A DNA stretch of 64,000 nt, taken from contig JACDBH010000004.1 of NCBI GenBank assembly GCA_013694995.1, positions 256,995 through 320,994 of the forward strand. Direction: 5' to 3'. Numbering within the stretch: position 1 is the stretch's first letter; each line of letters starts with the position of its first letter. This document shows positions 38,135-47,870 of this stretch, one piece after another. Under the pieces are notes generated by a model. It searched no databases. It was given only the letters and a program-made list of their open reading frames with translations, and was not told the DNA's origin. The stretch is from Candidatus Saccharimonadota bacterium (GTDB lineage Bacteria; Patescibacteriota; Saccharimonadia; Saccharimonadales; JACDBH01). The position numbers and the translations under genes were made by a program.

Positions 38135-38718
38135 TGGCAACTAAAACCGCAAACAAACCAGTTATAATTGGTGCTCGCTTAAAGCATCTTTATAACTACG
38201 AATACGCGGTAGATTTAATGAAAGAATTAAAGCTTCGGAACAAACATGAAGTTCCGCGTCTACAGAAGATCACTGTAAATATCGGCTTGGGACGAGCCAA
38301 GGATGATAAAAAACTAATTGAGATTGCGTCAAATACCTTAAAAAAGATTACCGGCCAGCAACCAGTAGAAACTCTTGCTAAGCAGTCTATTGCTAGTTTC
38401 AAACTGCGTGAAGGCAATAAAATCGGTCTCAAAGTTACTCTAAGGGGAGACCGAATGTACGAGTTTCTTGATCGTTTGGTTAATATCGTACTACCACGCC
38501 TAAGGGACTTCCATGGTGTCAAAGTTTCGGCTTTCGATCGTCAGGGAAACTACTCGTTGGGCCTTACTGAACAGTCGGTCTTTCCTGAATTAACATTTGA
38601 AGAAACCACGACGCCACACGGATTACAAGTTGTCATGACTATTAGGGCTAATGAACAAGCTCATTCCAGGGCTTTACTTACTAAATTCGGCATGCCGTTC
38701 GAAAAGGAGATTAAGTAA
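38134..38718 (+). CDS. rplE: 50S ribosomal protein L5 (uL5)
   Basis: [12 protein letters not shown]...[17 protein letters not shown]. Confidence 0.95.
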   Translation: MATKTANKPVIIGARLKHLYNYEYAVDLMKELKLRNKHEVPRLQKITVNIGLGRAKDDKKLIEIASNTLKKITGQQPVETLAKQSIASFKLREGNKIGLKVTLRGDRMYEFLDRLVNIVLPRLRDFHGVKVSAFDRQGNYSLGLTEQSVFPELTFEETTTPHGLQVVMTIRANEQAHSRALLTKFGMPFEKEIK

Positions 38719-38987
38719 TGGCAAAAAAATCAAGTATAGCGCGCGATTTAAAGCGCCATAAAATGCATGCAAAATATGCTGCAAAACGAGCTGAGCTTAA
38801 GGAGCTTGGTGATTTGGAAGGTCTTGCTAAATTGCCACGCAATTCTAGCCCAACACGTCTTAAGAACCGCTGCCTTGAAACGGGACGCGCACGTAGTTAT
38901 ATGCGCCAATTTGGCTTAAGTCGGATGTCTTTCCGAGAACACGCTGTTAAGGGCGAAATACCCGGCGTTACGAAAGCGAGTTGGTAA
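38718..38987 (+). CDS. rpsN: 30S ribosomal protein S14 (uS14), long Cys-less (C-) form
   Basis: 89 aa ending [11 protein letters not shown]. No CxxC zinc-ribbon motifs. Confidence 0.93.
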   Translation: MAKKSSIARDLKRHKMHAKYAAKRAELKELGDLEGLAKLPRNSSPTRLKNRCLETGRARSYMRQFGLSRMSFREHAVKGEIPGVTKASW

Positions 38988-38988
38988 T

Positions 38989-39393
38989 ATGGGAATGGTA
39001 TCAACCGATCCAGTTGCTGATATGCTGACACGAATCAGAAATGCAATCGCCGTACGTAAGCATGAGGTTGTCATGCCGCATTCAAATCTTAAAGAAGCTG
39101 TCGCTAAAATCCTGAAAAACAGTAATTTTATTAATGATTTGGCTGTTGAAGGCAAGGTTGCAGGTTTTAAATCACTGAAGCTTGTACTAAACACCGAGGA
39201 CAGTAATGCCCGTATTACAGAAATTGCCCGCCTGAGTACCCCAGGACGGCGTGTATACACATCAGCAACAGAAATTCCAGTCGTTAAACGCGGCCGCGGA
39301 ATTATTATTGTTTCTACCTCCAAAGGTATGATGACCGGCATGGAAGCCAAGAATCAACACCTAGGCGGTGAATTAATTTGTAAGGTTTACTAA
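38989..39393 (+). CDS. rpsH: 30S ribosomal protein S8 (uS8)
   Basis: DPVADMLTRIRNA...GGELICKVY. Confidence 0.95.
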   Translation: MGMVSTDPVADMLTRIRNAIAVRKHEVVMPHSNLKEAVAKILKNSNFINDLAVEGKVAGFKSLKLVLNTEDSNARITEIARLSTPGRRVYTSATEIPVVKRGRGIIIVSTSKGMMTGMEAKNQHLGGELICKVY

Positions 39394-39408
39394 TCAAGGA
39401 AATATAAA

Positions 39409-39948
39409 ATGAGTCGTATAGGAAAACTACCAATTCAAATCCCGTCCGGTGTGACAATCACTGTCGACCCACAAACTATTGTCGTAGCCGGTTCTAAGGG
39501 AACTTTGAGTCAAGCTCAGATTGAAGGGATTACGGTAAAAGTTACAGAGGGCGAAGTAACTGTGTCGCGCGTTAGCGATGAACCGAAAATTCGATCTAAA
39601 CATGGCCTAATGCGCACCTTAATCAATAATATGGTAGTTGGTGTTAGTAACGGATTTAGTAAACAATTAGAGTTAAATGGGGTCGGTTATCGTGTGGCAC
39701 TATCGGGTAACGGATTAAAACTTAACATTGGGCTATCCCATGACGTTATTTTTACCCTCCCAGTGGGCATCTCTGCAAATGTCGAGCAAAATATCATTAC
39801 TATTAATGGCTTTGACAAACAGATGGTTGGTCAGGTAGCTGCTGATATCCGTAAACTTAAGAAGCCAGAACCATACAAAGGTAAGGGCATTAAATATGTC
39901 GGTGAGAGAATACTTCGTAAGAGTGGCAAATCAGGAAAAGAGAAATAA
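39409..39948 (+). CDS. rplF: 50S ribosomal protein L6 (uL6)
   Basis: MSRIGKLPIQIPSGV...PEPYKGKGIKY. Confidence 0.95.
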   Translation: MSRIGKLPIQIPSGVTITVDPQTIVVAGSKGTLSQAQIEGITVKVTEGEVTVSRVSDEPKIRSKHGLMRTLINNMVVGVSNGFSKQLELNGVGYRVALSGNGLKLNIGLSHDVIFTLPVGISANVEQNIITINGFDKQMVGQVAADIRKLKKPEPYKGKGIKYVGERILRKSGKSGKEK

Positions 39949-39950
39949 CT

Positions 39951-40304
39951 ATGAGTATAACTAAGAAATTACATAATTTGCGTTTACGTAAAAACCGGAT
40001 CCGTGCTCGCATAAGTGGCACAGCTACTCGCCCGCGTATGAGTATTAGTGTTAGCAACTTGCATGTTAGCGCACAAATAATAGATGATACTTTACAAAGG
40101 ACACTGGTAAGCGCTACTTCTGTTGGCCAAAAAAGTGCTGGCGAGAATTTAAGCGCTAAGGCTGAATGGGTAGGTGCAGAAATAGCCAAGAAAGCCAAAG
40201 CTAAGAAAATTAAATTGATTGTACTGGATCGTAATGGTCGCCGGTATCATGGTCGAGTAAAAGCATTGGCAGAATCTGCCCGTGCAGGAGGATTGGAGTT
40301 TTAA
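39951..40304 (+). CDS. rplR: 50S ribosomal protein L18 (uL18)
   Basis: RPRMSISVSNLHVSAQIIDD...LDRNGRRYHGRVKALAESARAGGLEF. Confidence 0.94.
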   Translation: MSITKKLHNLRLRKNRIRARISGTATRPRMSISVSNLHVSAQIIDDTLQRTLVSATSVGQKSAGENLSAKAEWVGAEIAKKAKAKKIKLIVLDRNGRRYHGRVKALAESARAGGLEF

Positions 40305-40305
40305 T

Positions 40306-40860
40306 ATGCAACCAGATAATAGAGGTCGCCGCGGCCGTAGAGACCAGGGTGTCCAAGAAGAAAAGCAATATGACGAAAGAGTTATTAACGTTAACCGCGT
40401 AGCTCGTGTCGTTAAAGGTGGCCGTCGCTTCCGTTTTCAAGCACTGGTAGTCGTTGGCGACCGTAAAAACAAAGTTGGCGTAGGTGTTAGTAAAGGCGCT
40501 GACGTGACTGCGGCTGTAACTAAAGCTACAGAAGTAGCCAAGAAACATCTCATTACCGTTAATTTATATAAAGGCACATTGCCACACGATGCCGAAGCCA
40601 AGGTCGGCGGCGCAAAAATTCTTATAAAACCGGCTAGCGCTGGTACCGGTCTTATTGCCGGTGGTGTTGTGCGTACGGTTTTAGAAGTCGCCGGTGTCCA
40701 TAACGTACTTAGTAAATCGCTTGGCTCAACAAATAAAATTAATACCGCCTATGCCACCCTTGCCGCTCTAGAAAGTCTGATTCCTCAAAAACATTGGATT
40801 ACCTACCGTGCTAGACCCGCTAAGAAAGTTGCAACTGCTGAAAAAGAGGTTAAAGCATAA
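40306..40860 (+). CDS. rpsE: 30S ribosomal protein S5 (uS5)
   Basis: INVNRVARVVKGGRRFRFQALVVVGD. ATG at 40306, 1 nt after the rplR stop. The tracked 40282 start overlaps rplR. Confidence 0.94.
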   Translation: MQPDNRGRRGRRDQGVQEEKQYDERVINVNRVARVVKGGRRFRFQALVVVGDRKNKVGVGVSKGADVTAAVTKATEVAKKHLITVNLYKGTLPHDAEAKVGGAKILIKPASAGTGLIAGGVVRTVLEVAGVHNVLSKSLGSTNKINTAYATLAALESLIPQKHWITYRARPAKKVATAEKEVKA

Positions 40861-41333
40861 TGAAAGCGCATGAACTGATTGTCGCATCTCATCGTCGCAA
40901 AAACCGAGTTGGTCGTGGTATTTCAGCCGGCCAAGGTAAAACTGCCGGTCGCGGTACTAAGGGCCAAGGTTCGCGGGCCGGTTCTAGCCGTAAACCCGGT
41001 TTTGAAGGTGGCCAAAATCCACTGATGCAGCGTTTACCAAAACTCCGCGGCTTCCGCTCACAACACGCTAAAGCAGAGGTCATTTATACTGGTCAACTCG
41101 AAACCATTAAGGGCATAGTCGATAACTTTAGTCTGTTTAATGCAGGCTTAGTTTCAAGTCCCTACACAAAGGTAAAAATAGTTGTTCGTGGCGCTATTAC
41201 TAAAAAATTTATAGTAAAACTCCAAGCTGCCAGTAAGCCGGCGGTAGTAGCAATTAAAAAAGCTGGCGGTAGTTTCGATATAACCTCGCAACTTAAACGC
41301 GTAGCTAAAAAACCTGCGGAAAATAAAACCTAA
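40860..41333 (+). CDS. rplO: 50S ribosomal protein L15 (uL15); follows rpsE directly, with no L30 gene
   Basis: GRGISAGQGKTAGRGTKGQGSRAG. The start overlaps the rpsE stop. Confidence 0.94.
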   Translation: MKAHELIVASHRRKNRVGRGISAGQGKTAGRGTKGQGSRAGSSRKPGFEGGQNPLMQRLPKLRGFRSQHAKAEVIYTGQLETIKGIVDNFSLFNAGLVSSPYTKVKIVVRGAITKKFIVKLQAASKPAVVAIKKAGGSFDITSQLKRVAKKPAENKT

Positions 41334-41419
41334 CTGACTTTGATATTTAGCTACTTAGTTTAGACATTTCAGCTATTTTCCGCTTTAATGTAGAGGAATT
41401 GTATTAGGGGCAGAAATTA

Positions 41420-42967
41420 ATGAATTGGAAAACAATCGGGTCATCGTTAAAGAATGCAGATATGCGCAAACGTATCTTCGCGGTCTTAGGAATGTTACTT
41501 GTTTTCCGGTTTATGGCACATATCCCTATCCCTTTGAGCGATCCGGAAACACTCAAGCAAGTACTTGAAAATGCTTTTAATGCTTCTCAAACTTCACAGC
41601 TAGTTAGTTTTATTAATGTTATAAGCGGTGGCGCCCTGGCTAATTTTTCGATTATGCTAGTTGGTATGGGGCCATATATCAATGCTTCTATTATTTTGCA
41701 GTTACTGACTAGGGCAATTCCAAGACTTGAAGCCCTTAATAAAGAAGGCGAATACGGCCGTAAGAAAATCAACCAATATACCCGTATGTTGGCTTTCCCT
41801 TTAGCTATAATCCAATCAGTAGGAATGATTTTCCTAGTTAAACAAGTGGCCAGTAGTTTTTCGGGTTTAGGAGACATTACAGCTGGAAGCTCTATTGCGC
41901 AATGGGTATTGATGATTGCAGCCCTTACCGGGGGATCTATGATTTTGATGTGGCTTGGCGAACTAATTACTGAGAAGGGTGTAGGCAACGGCATCAGTCT
42001 GATTATTACGATTGGAATTGTCAGTAGCTTGCCGAGCACTATTTCCGATATTTTTAAAAGTGTTTACGATCCTGCTAATCCGTTGCATGTATTTGGAAAG
42101 CAACTGCCATTCAACCGGACAGCAGTTCTGTATGCGTTAGCTATTGCTGCTGTAGTGATGATTACAACGTGGCTGGTTGTTAAAATCAACGAAGCTTCCC
42201 GTAACATCACAATCAATTATGCCAAAAGGGTCCAAGGAAGCCGGGCCTACGGCGGCGTTACAACACGATTACCAATAAAGCTAATTACAGCTGGTGTTAT
42301 TCCGATAATCTTTGCCGTCGCCTTCCTAAGCATTCCAAGCTATGCTGGACAGGTCATGGTGGCATCAGATAGCTTACGGCTTCAAGAATGGGGCGTGAAG
42401 CTGACTGCTTGGTTCCAGAACCCTAGCGCTCAGACTTTTGCCGTGGGCGGATATGAGCCTTATATTTATCCGGTCGTATATTTCATTCTTGTTGTCATGT
42501 TCACATATTTCTACACTGGTGTAACCTTTAATTCCAAAGAAATTTCTGAAAATCTGCAGAAACAGGGCGGATTTATTGCCGAGGTGCGTGCTGGCAAGCA
42601 AACAGAAAAGTATTTAAGCCAAGTGGTTAACCGTTTAACACTGTTCGGTTCGTTTGCTCTTGGACTGCTGGCAATTACCCCTATTGCAGGACAGGCATTT
42701 CTAAAAACAAATATCGCTATTGGTGGCACCAGTATCTTAATACTCGTTTCTGTGGCACTGGAAACTTTACGTGCCGTAGAATCAAGGGCGTTGATGGTAA
42801 CCTATGATCAATATTCAGAACCGAGTTTTTTTGGAGATGATAATGAGAGCGAACTAAAGAAATCCCGATTTCGTCTACGCCGGAAAGCCACAAAAAAGCT
42901 AACAGATAAGACTAAATTGAAAAACACTTTACAAACTGTTGTCAGTCCTGCTATAATACAAAGTTGA
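41420..42967 (+). CDS. secY: preprotein translocase subunit SecY with ~50-aa basic C-terminal extension
   Basis: 515 aa, ~10 TM segments, SecY signatures ([30 protein letters not shown]). Confidence 0.95.
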   Translation: MNWKTIGSSLKNADMRKRIFAVLGMLLVFRFMAHIPIPLSDPETLKQVLENAFNASQTSQLVSFINVISGGALANFSIMLVGMGPYINASIILQLLTRAIPRLEALNKEGEYGRKKINQYTRMLAFPLAIIQSVGMIFLVKQVASSFSGLGDITAGSSIAQWVLMIAALTGGSMILMWLGELITEKGVGNGISLIITIGIVSSLPSTISDIFKSVYDPANPLHVFGKQLPFNRTAVLYALAIAAVVMITTWLVVKINEASRNITINYAKRVQGSRAYGGVTTRLPIKLITAGVIPIIFAVAFLSIPSYAGQVMVASDSLRLQEWGVKLTAWFQNPSAQTFAVGGYEPYIYPVVYFILVVMFTYFYTGVTFNSKEISENLQKQGGFIAEVRAGKQTEKYLSQVVNRLTLFGSFALGLLAITPIAGQAFLKTNIAIGGTSILILVSVALETLRAVESRALMVTYDQYSEPSFFGDDNESELKKSRFRLRRKATKKLTDKTKLKNTLQTVVSPAIIQS

Positions 42968-42972
42968 TATTT

Positions 42973-43194
42973 ATGGTCAAAAACAAGGAAGTCATTGAGT
43001 TATCTGGGACGATTTTGGAAACCCTTCCAGGCACCCAGTTTCGTGTCGAACTTGAGAATGGCCATCAAATTATCGCCCACGTTGCCGGCAAGATGCGCAA
43101 GCATTTTATCCGGATTGTACCTGGGGACAGCGTTACGGTAGAGTTAACACCTTACGACCTTACTAAGGGCCGTATCACCTACCGCAAATCGTGA
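42973..43194 (+). CDS. infA: translation initiation factor IF-1
   Basis: [49 protein letters not shown] at 42973; the tracked TTG at 42964 is also possible. Confidence 0.93.
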   Translation: MVKNKEVIELSGTILETLPGTQFRVELENGHQIIAHVAGKMRKHFIRIVPGDSVTVELTPYDLTKGRITYRKS

Positions 43195-43447
43195 TCTGCG
43201 TACTTTGCACATTTCATACAGAAACCTTGTGTTAAATTTTTAAATAGTATTGTTATACAATTTAAAAATTGTACTCGGCCTCTGCCTGTCCTGTTCTTCA
43301 GTACGAAATCACGAAAGATTAGCGAAACTTCACAAGACGGCACATAGAATGGTGAATAACCAGAAGATGTGGCTTTTTGCGAAGCGTCCGCGTTCAAACA
43401 ATCAATAATAAGCAGTGAGTCAATCTCATGAAAGGAGACTGATCCGC

Positions 43448-43564
43448 ATGAAAGTGCGTGCAAGCGTGAAGAAAATCAGCCCCGACGACAAAATTGTCCG
43501 CCGGAAGGGCCGATTATACGTTATCAACAAATTTAAGCCTAAGCATAAGCAGAGGCAAGGGTAA
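43448..43564 (+). CDS. rpmJ: 50S ribosomal protein L36 (bL36), Cys-less (C-) form; below the ORF-track cutoff
   Basis: My translation: [46 protein letters not shown] Shine-Dalgarno upstream. Confidence 0.9.
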   Translation: MKVRASVKKISPDDKIVRRKGRLYVINKFKPKHKQRQG

Positions 43565-43566
43565 CT

Positions 43567-43953
43567 ATGGCAAGAATCGCAGGAGTTACAATTCCCGCCG
43601 AGAAGCAAATAGGAGTCGCCCTTACTTATGTCTACGGAATAGGACCAAAGTTTGCTGGCGATATATTAACATCAGCCAAGGTCGACTCTACTGTCCGTGT
43701 TAAAAACTTGACAGATGATGAAGTCACCCGCATTAGCGATATCATAAGTGCTAATTTTACAGTCGAAGGTGAACTACAACGTATCGTAAGTGCCAACATT
43801 AAGAGGTTGAAAGATATTAAGGCCTACCGAGGCATCCGGCATAGTTCCAACCTGCCTTCCCGGGGCCAACGTACACGTACCAACGCCCGTACCCGTCGGG
43901 GCAAAAAAGTAACTGTCGGTGGCACGGCTAAGAAAGCGGCGTCAAAGACTTAG
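43567..43953 (+). CDS. rpsM: 30S ribosomal protein S13 (uS13)
   Basis: MARIAGVTIPAEKQIGVALTYVYGIG... Confidence 0.95.
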   Translation: MARIAGVTIPAEKQIGVALTYVYGIGPKFAGDILTSAKVDSTVRVKNLTDDEVTRISDIISANFTVEGELQRIVSANIKRLKDIKAYRGIRHSSNLPSRGQRTRTNARTRRGKKVTVGGTAKKAASKT

Positions 43954-43954
43954 T

Positions 43955-44392
43955 ATGGCAGAAGAACAAACTACACCTACGCCGGCAGAAATAACCGAAG
44001 TTCCAGCAGCTCCTGTTGTTAAAAAGAAGAAAGTAAAGCGCAGCGTGCCTTATGGCCAAGTCCATATTATGGCAACTTTCAATAATACGATTGTTACTGT
44101 AACAGATACAAAAGGTGGGGCACTTACTTATTCTAGCTCTGGTGCCTGCGGTTTCCGCGGTTCTAAAAAAGGTACAGCTTATGCAGCCCAGATAGCAGCC
44201 GAGAAAGCACTTGCTGAAGCGAAACAAAACTATGGCCTTAATAAAGCAGATGTATATGTTCGCGGCATTGGTATGGGACGCGATGCAGCAATCCGTGCAA
44301 TGCAAGTTTCTAATATCGCCCTCGAAGCTGTCCATGACGTAACTGGCATTCCGCACGGCGGCGTTCGTCCCAAGAAAGCACGGAGAGTATAG
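43955..44392 (+). CDS. rpsK: 30S ribosomal protein S11 (uS11)
   Basis: GQVHIMATFNNTIVTVTD...GFRGSKKGT. ATG at 43955 after the rpsM stop. Confidence 0.94.
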   Translation: MAEEQTTPTPAEITEVPAAPVVKKKKVKRSVPYGQVHIMATFNNTIVTVTDTKGGALTYSSSGACGFRGSKKGTAYAAQIAAEKALAEAKQNYGLNKADVYVRGIGMGRDAAIRAMQVSNIALEAVHDVTGIPHGGVRPKKARRV

Positions 44393-44395
44393 ACT

Positions 44396-45007
44396 ATGAG
44401 TAAAATATCGATCGTCAAACAATCGCGCCGTGAAGGTTATGCATTGCATCCAAAAGCACACAAGGCTCTTGTTAAACGCTCAACACTTCCTGGCAAGCAA
44501 CCTGGTTTTTCTAGTCGCAACAAACCGAGTCAATACTCCTTGCAGTTAAGAGAAAAACAGAAAGTTAAGCGTCTGTACGGCCTATTGGAACGCCAATTCG
44601 CCAAACTTATGACGGAAGCATCGCGCACAAAAGGTCAGTCCGGTCTGGTTTTGCTTCGTTTCTTGGAACTGCGTCTTGATAACGCCGTTTATCGTGCCGG
44701 TTTCGCGCCGTCGCGCCCAGCCGCTCGTCAGTTAGTTAGCCATGGACACTTTATGGTCAACGACCGGCGAGTTGATATTCCATCTATCCGTGTTCAAAGT
44801 GGCGATGTTATCGCCCTTCGCCCGCATAGTGCAGCCAATAGTTATTTTCAAAGGCTTGATGAAGTCAGCCCAGCCGGTGAAGTTATTTATAGTTGGATGA
44901 AAGTTAACCGTAAGAACCGCGCTCTTACTATTACAGGAGAACCGACGCGCGAAGAAGCAGAACCAGGCATCAATGAGCAATTAATCGTAGAATACTACTC
45001 ACGCTAG
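44396..45007 (+). CDS. rpsD: 30S ribosomal protein S4 (uS4)
   Basis: S4 RNA-binding domain (RLDNAVYRAGFAPSRPAARQLVSHGHFMVN). Confidence 0.94.
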   Translation: MSKISIVKQSRREGYALHPKAHKALVKRSTLPGKQPGFSSRNKPSQYSLQLREKQKVKRLYGLLERQFAKLMTEASRTKGQSGLVLLRFLELRLDNAVYRAGFAPSRPAARQLVSHGHFMVNDRRVDIPSIRVQSGDVIALRPHSAANSYFQRLDEVSPAGEVIYSWMKVNRKNRALTITGEPTREEAEPGINEQLIVEYYSR

Positions 45008-45025
45008 GAGGCGATAGGTAAACTT

Positions 45026-45964
45026 ATGACAAAGCAAATTCACACACCAACATTAAGCACTGTTGATGACCACAACAGCACAAGCAGCACTTTTGTGATT
45101 GAGCCACTACATACCGGTTATGGTATGACACTAGGCAACTCAATCCGCCGCGTCTTATTGTCTAGTATTTCAGGGGCGGCAATTACTTCATTTAAAATTG
45201 AAGGTGTAACTCACGAGTTCACGACAGTTCCCGGCGTCAAAGAAGATGTCGTTGATATCATGTTGAATTTAAAAGGTATTCGTTTCCGAGTGTACTCTTC
45301 AGAGGCTCAGACTCTCCGTATTGTGAAAAAGGGCAAAGGCAATATTACTGCTAAAGATATAGAAATTAATGCTGACGTTGAAATCGTCAACCCAACACAT
45401 ATTATTGCGACTGTTGATGATGAAAAAGCCCCGTTTATTATGGACCTGGTTATCGAAACCGGCCGTGGTTACCGCACAATTGATGAAAGCGCTAACACAA
45501 AACCTAGCGACATGATTGCATTAGATGCCATCTTCAGTCCGGTTCTACGTGTTCGTTATAAAGTAGAAAATACTCGTGTCGGTCAAATGACAGACTTAGA
45601 TAAGTTAATAATTAACGTCGAAACCGATGGCTCCATTACTCCTCGCGACGCCTTTGAGGAAGCCAACGCAATACTTGTCAATCAGTACACAGCTCTTGCT
45701 GGCCAAACTCGTGTTGAAGCCCCAGCCCCGTTAATCGATACCGGGGTTAAAGATATTGATCCTAGCGACGAAGCACCAGCACTGATGACACCGATTGAAG
45801 ATTTAAATCTGAGTGCCCGAACCACTAACGCCCTTATTAACAACGAAATCCATACCCTAAAAGACCTTTTCTCCTTAAGCGACGCAGAACTACGTGACCT
45901 AAAAGGATTCGGCAGCAAAGCTTTGGACGAAGTCAAAGAAAAAATGGCGGAATTGGAGCTTTAA
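45026..45964 (+). CDS. rpoA: DNA-directed RNA polymerase subunit alpha
   Basis: N-terminal domain (GYGMTLGNSIRRVLLSSI) and C-terminal domain helix-hairpin-helix (LNLSARTTNALINNEIHTLKDL). Confidence 0.95.
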   Translation: MTKQIHTPTLSTVDDHNSTSSTFVIEPLHTGYGMTLGNSIRRVLLSSISGAAITSFKIEGVTHEFTTVPGVKEDVVDIMLNLKGIRFRVYSSEAQTLRIVKKGKGNITAKDIEINADVEIVNPTHIIATVDDEKAPFIMDLVIETGRGYRTIDESANTKPSDMIALDAIFSPVLRVRYKVENTRVGQMTDLDKLIINVETDGSITPRDAFEEANAILVNQYTALAGQTRVEAPAPLIDTGVKDIDPSDEAPALMTPIEDLNLSARTTNALINNEIHTLKDLFSLSDAELRDLKGFGSKALDEVKEKMAELEL

Positions 45965-46036
45965 AGATGTTTCGTAATAATGCACATCAGCAACTAGCAA
46001 TCAGGAATCAAGAATTAGCCTTAAAGGGAACTAAGC

Positions 46037-46064
46037 TACTTTCTACTTTCTACTTTCTATTTCC
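46037..46064. repeat. short tandem heptamer (TACTTTC x3 plus a degenerate copy) in the rpoA-rplQ spacer
   Basis: Read directly: tactttc tactttc tactttc tatttcc. Confidence 0.7.
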
Positions 46065-46091
46065 TGTAATTTACCAAAGGGAGATTGCATA

Positions 46092-46559
46092 ATGCATCGC
46101 CATGGATACAAAGGCCGCAAATTTGGCCGTGAAAGGGACCAACGTGAAGCACTTCTTAAGGGCCTTGCGACTTCCTTAGTAATACACGAGAGTATTGAAA
46201 CTACGCTTCCTAAGGCTAAGGAACTTGTGCCTTTTTTGGAAAAATTGATCACCAAAGCTAAGAAGGGTGACCTACATAACCGTCGCCAAATTGTCAGCAG
46301 CCTTGATACATTGACCAGTGCCCATAAGCTAGTGGATGAAATAGCACCAAAGCTTAATACTCGTGTCAGTGGACACCTACGTATCGAACGTACGGTTATT
46401 CGACGTGGTGATCACGCACAGTTAGCACGCGTAAGTTTTGTTGATGATCTTAAAGCAGCACCTGTTGCAAAAAAAGCTGCAGTAAAACCTGCCGCGGCTG
46501 TCCCAAAAAAGCCATCCCGTAAACCTACAGTTAAAAAAGCTGTAAAGGAGACAAAATAA
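46092..46559 (+). CDS. rplQ: 50S ribosomal protein L17 (bL17) with Ala/Lys/Pro-rich C-terminal tail
   Basis: MHRHGYKGRKFGRERDQREALLKGLATSL. Tail AAPVAKKAAVKPAAAVPKKPSRKPTVKKAVKETK. Confidence 0.93.
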   Translation: MHRHGYKGRKFGRERDQREALLKGLATSLVIHESIETTLPKAKELVPFLEKLITKAKKGDLHNRRQIVSSLDTLTSAHKLVDEIAPKLNTRVSGHLRIERTVIRRGDHAQLARVSFVDDLKAAPVAKKAAVKPAAAVPKKPSRKPTVKKAVKETK

Positions 46560-46999
46560 TGAAGACTTATTCTGCCAAGCCTGCGGATGTAACTCGTAAA
46601 TGGTACGTTATTGACGCGTCTGAAGCACCTTTGGGTCGTATTGCTACTCGGGTAGCAACTCTTCTTACAGGCAAGGAAAAGCCTATGTTTACAAAACACA
46701 TCGATACCGGCGACTTTGTGATTGTTATTAATACTGCCAAAACTATCGTAACCGGTAAAAAACCTACAGATAAGATTTATTACCGCCACAGCAATTACCC
46801 CGGTGGCTTGACTGAACTAAGTTTTAATGAGGTAATGGCGAAAGATCCTACCAAAGCTATTTTTCAGGCAGTACGTGGCATGTTGCCAGTCAATAAACTC
46901 CGCGATGAGCGCCTGAAAAGATTGAAAATTTACGCCGGCAGCGAACACAACCATAATGCCCAACAACCAGAAACTTTAATCTTGAAAGGCAAGAAATAA
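46559..46999 (+). CDS. rplM: 50S ribosomal protein L13 (uL13)
   Basis: RKWYVIDASEAPLGRIATRVATLLTGK. Confidence 0.95.
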   Translation: MKTYSAKPADVTRKWYVIDASEAPLGRIATRVATLLTGKEKPMFTKHIDTGDFVIVINTAKTIVTGKKPTDKIYYRHSNYPGGLTELSFNEVMAKDPTKAIFQAVRGMLPVNKLRDERLKRLKIYAGSEHNHNAQQPETLILKGKK

Positions 47000-47394
47000 T
47001 GGCTAAGGACACATATTTTTACGCACTTGGACGTCGCAAAAGAGCTACAGCCCGCGTACGCCTGCAAAGCGGCAAAGGTAATATAGTTATCAACGGCAAG
47101 CCAGCGGTCGAATTTCTATGTGGTAGTGAGTATCTAGCCGCTGAACTTAAAAAGCCATTTACAGTTATTGAAAAAGATACTTTTGATATATCGGCTATAG
47201 TATCAGGGGGTGGTTTTGCAGGCCAAGTTGATGCTGTCCGCTTAGGTATTGCTAAAGCATTAGCTGCGATGAACGAAGATTTGAAGGGCACTCTAAAACG
47301 TGCGGAACTATTAAGTCGTGACCCTCGTGAAAAAGAACGTAAAAAGTTTGGGTTTAAGAAGGCTCGTAAGCAGAGACAATTCACTAAGAGGTAA
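46999..47394 (+). CDS. rpsI: 30S ribosomal protein S9 (uS9)
   Basis: GGGFAGQVDAVRLGIAKAL...RDPREKERKKFG..KARKQRQFTKR. Confidence 0.95.
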   Translation: MAKDTYFYALGRRKRATARVRLQSGKGNIVINGKPAVEFLCGSEYLAAELKKPFTVIEKDTFDISAIVSGGGFAGQVDAVRLGIAKALAAMNEDLKGTLKRAELLSRDPREKERKKFGFKKARKQRQFTKR

Positions 47395-47476
47395 CTGTTA
47401 GGAATCATTCCCCACATCACTCCTTTGGTGGGACCCTCTAAGATGCTTTTCACAATAGGAATTTTCTACTATACTT

Positions 47477-47749
47477 ATGCCTAATATGGTTAAGCTTTTA
47501 TATATTAGGGAAGAAGATTACTGGTTAGTGCCGATAAGTTTTTTCGCTATTATGGGCATTACAATGGGATTATATGCAGGAGTAGTACAACTGAGGCTAA
47601 TGTCTTTCTTAGCTGGTTTTATTGGGCTATGGTTTACGACTTACATAATTAGACGGGGTTACGGCAAACGCACGTCCTATATACACCTATTAATTTGTTT
47701 ATCGCTGAGTATAATCTTATCCATTACAGTAATTCTGTTGACAAACTAG
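47477..47749 (+). CDS. hypothetical small membrane protein (~3 hydrophobic helices)
   Basis: 90-aa ORF. An alternative ATG at 47486 lies 10 nt after a TATACT box (47470-47475). Confidence 0.5.
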   Translation: MPNMVKLLYIREEDYWLVPISFFAIMGITMGLYAGVVQLRLMSFLAGFIGLWFTTYIIRRGYGKRTSYIHLLICLSLSIILSITVILLTN

Positions 47750-47774
47750 CTCTTGCAGGCGTAAGGTGACTGAT

Positions 47775-47849
47775 ATGAACAAACTATTCCATCTTTATTA
47801 TACCTGGTTTACACCCCCTCAACTGGCGGTTTGTTCTGTGCGTTTGTAA
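47775..47849 (+). CDS. candidate 24-aa leader peptide (MNKLFHLYYTWFTPPQLAVCSVRL)
   Basis: AAGGTGA Shine-Dalgarno 5 nt upstream. Aromatic-rich and contains a Trp codon (47805-47807). Overlaps the first copy of the GGCGGTTT element. Confidence 0.3.
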   Translation: MNKLFHLYYTWFTPPQLAVCSVRL

Positions 47850-47870
47850 GAAAATACGAAGACATTGACT

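Noticed and set aside
38916-39350. 144-aa minus-strand ORF
   Set aside because: It is antisense to rpsH. The same reasoning applies to other antisense track ORFs, for example 29975..30415 (tuf), 20764..21234 (rpoB), 1983..2429 and 1434..1829 (clpC), 41587..42039 (secY), 34837..35194 (rplB) and 47019..47453 (rpsI).
43928-44461. 177-aa minus-strand ORF
   Set aside because: It is antisense to rpsK/rpsD, has low-complexity Cys/Phe-rich composition and no start context. It is a shadow ORF.
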